DNA of 64,000 nt, taken from positions 11,780 to 75,779 of the forward strand of contig DASVDO010000006.1 in assembly GCA_036381055.1 (NCBI GenBank), in the 5' to 3' direction. The notes under the pieces were generated by a model. It was not told where the DNA came from. It searched no databases and saw only the letters and a list, made by a program, of their open reading frames with translations. Shown here piece after piece: positions 60,536 to 64,000 of the stretch. Numbering within the stretch: position 1 is the stretch's first letter; each line of letters opens with the position of its first letter. The stretch comes from Burkholderiales bacterium. Its GTDB lineage: Bacteria; Pseudomonadota; Gammaproteobacteria; Burkholderiales; SG8-39. The position numbers were made by a program, and so were the translations under genes.

Positions 60536-60595
60536 GACTCGAAATCTGTTGTACCCGTAAGGGTACCGGGGGTTCGAATCCCTCTCTCTCCGCCA
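60536..60595 (+). repeat. attR: 60-bp direct repeat (partial tRNA-Ser copy)
   Basis: Exact match to 57525..57584. It lacks the 5' third of the tRNA. Confidence 0.9.
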
Positions 60596-60640
60596 ATTCC
60601 TTAAGCCAAGAAACGACCAAGAACCGCCGCCAGGCGGCGT

Positions 60641-61381
60641 ATGCCGGATCCGGAGATCCTCGCCCTCGCCGCGCTCATCACCGGCGCGAGCTATTGCGCG
60701 TTCGGCCTGACGGGCTTCGGCTCGACGGTGCTGGCGCTGCCGCTGCTCGCGCACTTCGTGCCGCTCAAGTTCGCCGTGCCGCTGATGCTGCTGCTCGACC
60801 TCACCGCGTCGCTCACGCTGAGCACGCGCGTGCGCGGCGCGCTGCGCAAGGACGAGTTCGGCTGGGTGGTGCCGTTCATGCTCGCCGGCATGGCGCTCGG
60901 CGTGACGCTGCTGGTGCGGCTGCCCGAGCGGCCGCTGCTCGTGACGCTGGGCGTGTTCCTGCTCTGCTACTCGGCGTACTGCCTCGCCGGGCGCAAGACC
61001 ACCCGGCTCGCGCGCGCCTGGGCGCCGCCGATCGGCCTCGCGAGCGGGGCGTTCTCGGCGCTTTTCGGCACGGGCGGCGTGCTGCTCGTGCTCTATCTCG
61101 CCGGGCGGCTGGACAAGCCGGCGGAGCTGCGCGCCACCATGGCGGCCGGCATCCTGGTGAGCGCGCTGACGCGCCTGGTGCTCTTCGGCGCGACGGGCCT
61201 GCTGACGCAGGAAGGGCTGCTCGTCTCGGCGCTCGCGCTGCTGCCGTCGGTGTTCGTCGGCCTGCTGCTCGGCCAGCGGCTGCACGATCGCGTGCCGCCG
61301 CGGCTGGTGCTCAAGGCGGTCTACCTGCTGCTGCTCGTCAACGGCGTTTCGCTGCTCGCGCGCTACGCGATCAGCGCCTGA
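60641..61381 (+). CDS. TauE/SafE (TSUP) family anion exporter
   Basis: Eight TM helices in a 4+4 repeat, with GFGSTVL/GTGGVLL glycine motifs. Confidence 0.8.
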   Translation: MPDPEILALAALITGASYCAFGLTGFGSTVLALPLLAHFVPLKFAVPLMLLLDLTASLTLSTRVRGALRKDEFGWVVPFMLAGMALGVTLLVRLPERPLLVTLGVFLLCYSAYCLAGRKTTRLARAWAPPIGLASGAFSALFGTGGVLLVLYLAGRLDKPAELRATMAAGILVSALTRLVLFGATGLLTQEGLLVSALALLPSVFVGLLLGQRLHDRVPPRLVLKAVYLLLLVNGVSLLARYAISA

Positions 61382-61571
61382 GGAACCAGAGCACGAGCGA
61401 CAGCACCACCGAGACGATCAGGCAGGTGACGATCGGGAAGTAGAAGCCGCCGCTCTCGGTCTCGATGCGGATGTCGCCGGGCAGGCGGCCCAGGCCGAGG
61501 CGCGACAGCCACGGCCAGGCGAGGCCGGCGAGCACGAGCACGACGCCTATGACGATGAGGGCGCGTTGCAC
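61371..61571 (-). CDS. DUF2905-family small membrane protein
   Basis: [11 protein letters not shown]...[24 protein letters not shown] matches the family pattern. GTG 61571 overlaps the htpG 3' end. Confidence 0.7.
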   Translation of the reverse strand: MQRALIVIGVVLVLAGLAWPWLSRLGLGRLPGDIRIETESGGFYFPIVTCLIVSVVLSLVLWFLRR

Positions 61572-63427
61572 GAGAGCAGAAGCGAGTTGGTGCGTTTCAC
61601 GAAACCGGCGGGATCGTCGAGCTGGCCGCCCTCGGCGAGCAGCGCCTGCTCGTAGAGCAGGCTCGCCCAGTCGGCGAAGCGGCTGTCCGAGGGCGCGAGG
61701 CGCTTGACCAGCGCGTGGCCGGGGTTCACCTCCAGGATCGGCTTCGCGCCCGGCACCTTCTGCCCCGCCGCCTTGAGGATGCGCGCCAGGTTGCCGCCCA
61801 TGTCGTGCTCGTCGGCGACCAGGCAGGAAGGCGACTCGGTGAGCCGGCGCGACAGGCGCACGTCCTTCACCCGGTCCTCGAGCGCGGCCTTCAGCGCGCG
61901 CAAGAGCTCGGCGTGCGCGCCGACCTGCCAGTCGGGCTCGCTCGCGTCGCCGCCCTCGATCTTCGACAGGTCGACCTCGCCGCGCGCCACCGAGGCGAGC
62001 CGCTTGCCTTCGTACTCGGGCAGGTTGGCGACCAGCCACTCGTCGACCCGGTCCGAGAGCAGCAGCACCTCGACGCCGCGCTTGCGGAAGATCTCCAGGT
62101 GCGGCGAGTTCCTGGCCGCGGCGAAGCTCTCGGCGGTCACGTAGTAGATCGCCTCCTGCCCGGGCTTCATGCGCGCCACGTAGTCGGCGAGCGAGACCGA
62201 CGGCTCCTCGCGATCGTCGTGCGTCGAGGCGAAGCGCAGCAGGCCGGCGATGCGGCCGCGGTTCGCCGCGTCCTCGCCGACGCCTTCCTTCAGCACGCGG
62301 CCGAACTCGCGCCAGAAGGTGGCGTACTTCTCCTTGTCGTTCTGCGCCAGCTCGTGCAGCAGGTCGAGCACGCGCCGCGTGCAGCCGGCGCGGATGGCGT
62401 CGATGTCGCGGCTCTGCTGCAGGATCTCGCGCGAGATGTTGAGCGGCAGGTCGGCCGCGTCGACCACGCCGCGCACGAAGCGCAGGTAGGCGGGCAGGAG
62501 CTGCTCGGCGTCCTCCATGACGAACACGCGGCGCACGTAGAGCTTGAGGCCGTGCCGGCGCGTGCGGTCCCACAGGTCGAACGGCGCGTGCGACGGTATG
62601 TAGAGGAGCTGCACGTACTCCTGCCGCCCTTCGACCCGGTTGTGCGTCCAGGCGAGCGGCGGCTCGAAGTCGTGCGCCACGTGCTTGTAGAACTCGCGGT
62701 ACTGCTCGTCGCCGATCTCGCTCTTCGGCCGCGTCCAGAGCGCGGCGGCCTGGTTCACCGTCTCGCCGCCCATGACGATCGGGATGGCGATGTGGTCGGA
62801 GTACTTGCGGATGATGCTCTTCAGGCGCGACTCGTCGAGCAGCTCGTCCTCGCCGGGGCGCAGGTGCAGCACGATCTCGGTGCCGCGCGCCGCGCGCTCG
62901 ACGGTCTCGACGCTGTAGGCGCCGGCCTCGCGCGCCATGTCGCATTCCCAGCGCACGCCTTGCGCGGCCGGCAGGCCCGCGCGCCGCGTGGTCAGGACCA
63001 CGCGCTCGGCGACGATGAACGCGGAGTAGAAGCCGACGCCGAACTGGCCGATCAGGCGCGCGTCCTTCGCCTGGTCGCCGGTCAGCGACTGGAAGAACTC
63101 GCGCGTGCCCGACCTGGCGATGGTGCCGATGTTGCTGATCACCTCGTCGCGCGACATGCCGACGCCGTTGTCGCGCACGGTGAGGGTGCGCGCGGCCTTG
63201 TCGACCGCGATCTCGACCTTGAGCTCGCTGTCCGATTCGTAGAGGGCGTTGTTGGCGAGCGCCTCGAAGCGCAGCTTGTCCGCGGCGTCCGAGGCGTTGG
63301 AGATGAGCTCGCGCAGGAAGATCTCCTTGTTCGAGTACAGGGAGTGGATCATCAGGCCGAGCAGCTGCTTGACCTCGGCCTGGAAGCCGAGGGTTTCCCG
63401 GGTGGTGGTTTCCGCCATGGGCTCCAT
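61547..63427 (-). CDS. htpG: molecular chaperone HtpG (Hsp90)
   Basis: [35 protein letters not shown]. The start is probably M4 (63418). Confidence 0.95.
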   Translation of the reverse strand: MEPMAETTTRETLGFQAEVKQLLGLMIHSLYSNKEIFLRELISNASDAADKLRFEALANNALYESDSELKVEIAVDKAARTLTVRDNGVGMSRDEVISNIGTIARSGTREFFQSLTGDQAKDARLIGQFGVGFYSAFIVAERVVLTTRRAGLPAAQGVRWECDMAREAGAYSVETVERAARGTEIVLHLRPGEDELLDESRLKSIIRKYSDHIAIPIVMGGETVNQAAALWTRPKSEIGDEQYREFYKHVAHDFEPPLAWTHNRVEGRQEYVQLLYIPSHAPFDLWDRTRRHGLKLYVRRVFVMEDAEQLLPAYLRFVRGVVDAADLPLNISREILQQSRDIDAIRAGCTRRVLDLLHELAQNDKEKYATFWREFGRVLKEGVGEDAANRGRIAGLLRFASTHDDREEPSVSLADYVARMKPGQEAIYYVTAESFAAARNSPHLEIFRKRGVEVLLLSDRVDEWLVANLPEYEGKRLASVARGEVDLSKIEGGDASEPDWQVGAHAELLRALKAALEDRVKDVRLSRRLTESPSCLVADEHDMGGNLARILKAAGQKVPGAKPILEVNPGHALVKRLAPSDSRFADWASLLYEQALLAEGGQLDDPAGFVKRTNSLLLSCNAPSSS

Positions 63428-63428
63428 C

Positions 63429-63456
63429 TCTTGGGGCTGCCGCGGCGCTTTTCAAG
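63429..63456 (-). promoter_or_regulatory. sigma32-like heat-shock promoter for htpG
   Basis: The reverse strand reads CTTGAAA, a 13-nt spacer, then CCCCAAGA (consensus CTTGAAA-N13/14-CCCCATNT). It lies very close to the start codon. Confidence 0.3.
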
Positions 63457-63571
63457 GCCCGGCGCGCCTTAAATCTGCCGTAAGCCGGGGCGCGCTAAGC
63501 TCCCGGCGCGGCATGTCAGCGAAAGCCACCCGGCCGCAGCCTGCAACGACGCAACGACAAGGGGAAAATCC

Positions 63572-63976
63572 ATGGCGCAAGCAGCCCAGCAACGCATTCT
63601 GCTGGCGGGGACGGTCGACGCCGTGCGCACCGCCCGCCTGATCATCGGCGAGGGCTTCGACTACCGCTGCGCCACGTCGCTCGACGAGGCGCGCACGCAG
63701 CTCTGCCCCGACCTCGCCGCGGTGGTGTGCAGCCTGCGCCTCGACGACGCCCCCGTGGTCGAGCTCCTCGAGCAGCTCGGTCCCGACGTGCCCGTCGTCT
63801 GCTTCCATGCGCATGGCCGGGAGCTGAGCGGCAGCGCGCGCGAAAGCGTCCGCGAGGCGCTGCAGGCGCTCGGCAATGCGCGCTTCGTCGACCTCTATGC
63901 GATCGCCCGCTCGCGCGGCGTGCCGGCCGCCGCGGCGGCGCTGCGCGAAGCGGTTTCGTCGGCTTTCGCCGGATAG
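63572..63976 (+). CDS. hypothetical protein, possibly a degenerate receiver-like fold
   Basis: 134-aa ORF with native codon bias and an alternating beta/alpha-like pattern (RILLAG..., AAVVCSLRLDD, PVVCF). Confidence 0.45.
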   Translation: MAQAAQQRILLAGTVDAVRTARLIIGEGFDYRCATSLDEARTQLCPDLAAVVCSLRLDDAPVVELLEQLGPDVPVVCFHAHGRELSGSARESVREALQALGNARFVDLYAIARSRGVPAAAAALREAVSSAFAG

Positions 63977-64000
63977 GGCGGCCGGGGCGGCGAGCTAGAA

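Noticed and set aside
60491-61443. ORFs 60491..61285 (-) and 60505..61443 (+), which run through attR
   Set aside because: They overlap the partial tRNA copy and the TauE-family gene in the wrong frame. Their composition is Arg-rich junk.

Overview
This is a very GC-rich chromosomal segment; third codon positions are almost all G/C. It is densely packed with about 75 genes. The content reads like core genome of a betaproteobacterium-like, possibly sulfur-oxidising organism, but that taxonomy is inference only. Housekeeping genes include gluQ, fumC, purN, rsmB, rpmB/rpmG, radC, coaBC, dut, clpSA, cspA, pyrC, rsmI, glnB, trxB, ftsK, lolA, rarA, serS and htpG. RNase P RNA (rnpB) sits under spurious ORFs. 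Metabolic blocks include hyi-glcDEF and a co-directional gene string of about 15.7 kb. That string runs glcF, Mo-oxidoreductase, fused ABC component, pntAB, C26 hydrolase, permease, two TRAP binding proteins, dctQM, amidase. The only clearly accessory DNA is a decayed island of about 3.1 kb in tRNA-Ser(CGA), bounded by a perfect 60-bp direct repeat. It carries a frameshifted integrase, an excisionase, a truncated second recombinase and an intact HepT/MntA toxin-antitoxin pair. I saw no CRISPR arrays, IS elements or rRNA. I cannot point to a clearly novel system. The best candidates for follow-up are (1) an unrecognisable 456-aa protein overlapping an outer-membrane barrel gene, (2) the pntAB-hydrolase-permease-TRAP-amidase super-operon with tandem Tat-signal binding proteins, (3) an antisense gene wedged inside the glc cluster, and (4) several small unlisted ORFs and start-codon anomalies. 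All family calls come from motif recognition by eye; no searches were run.
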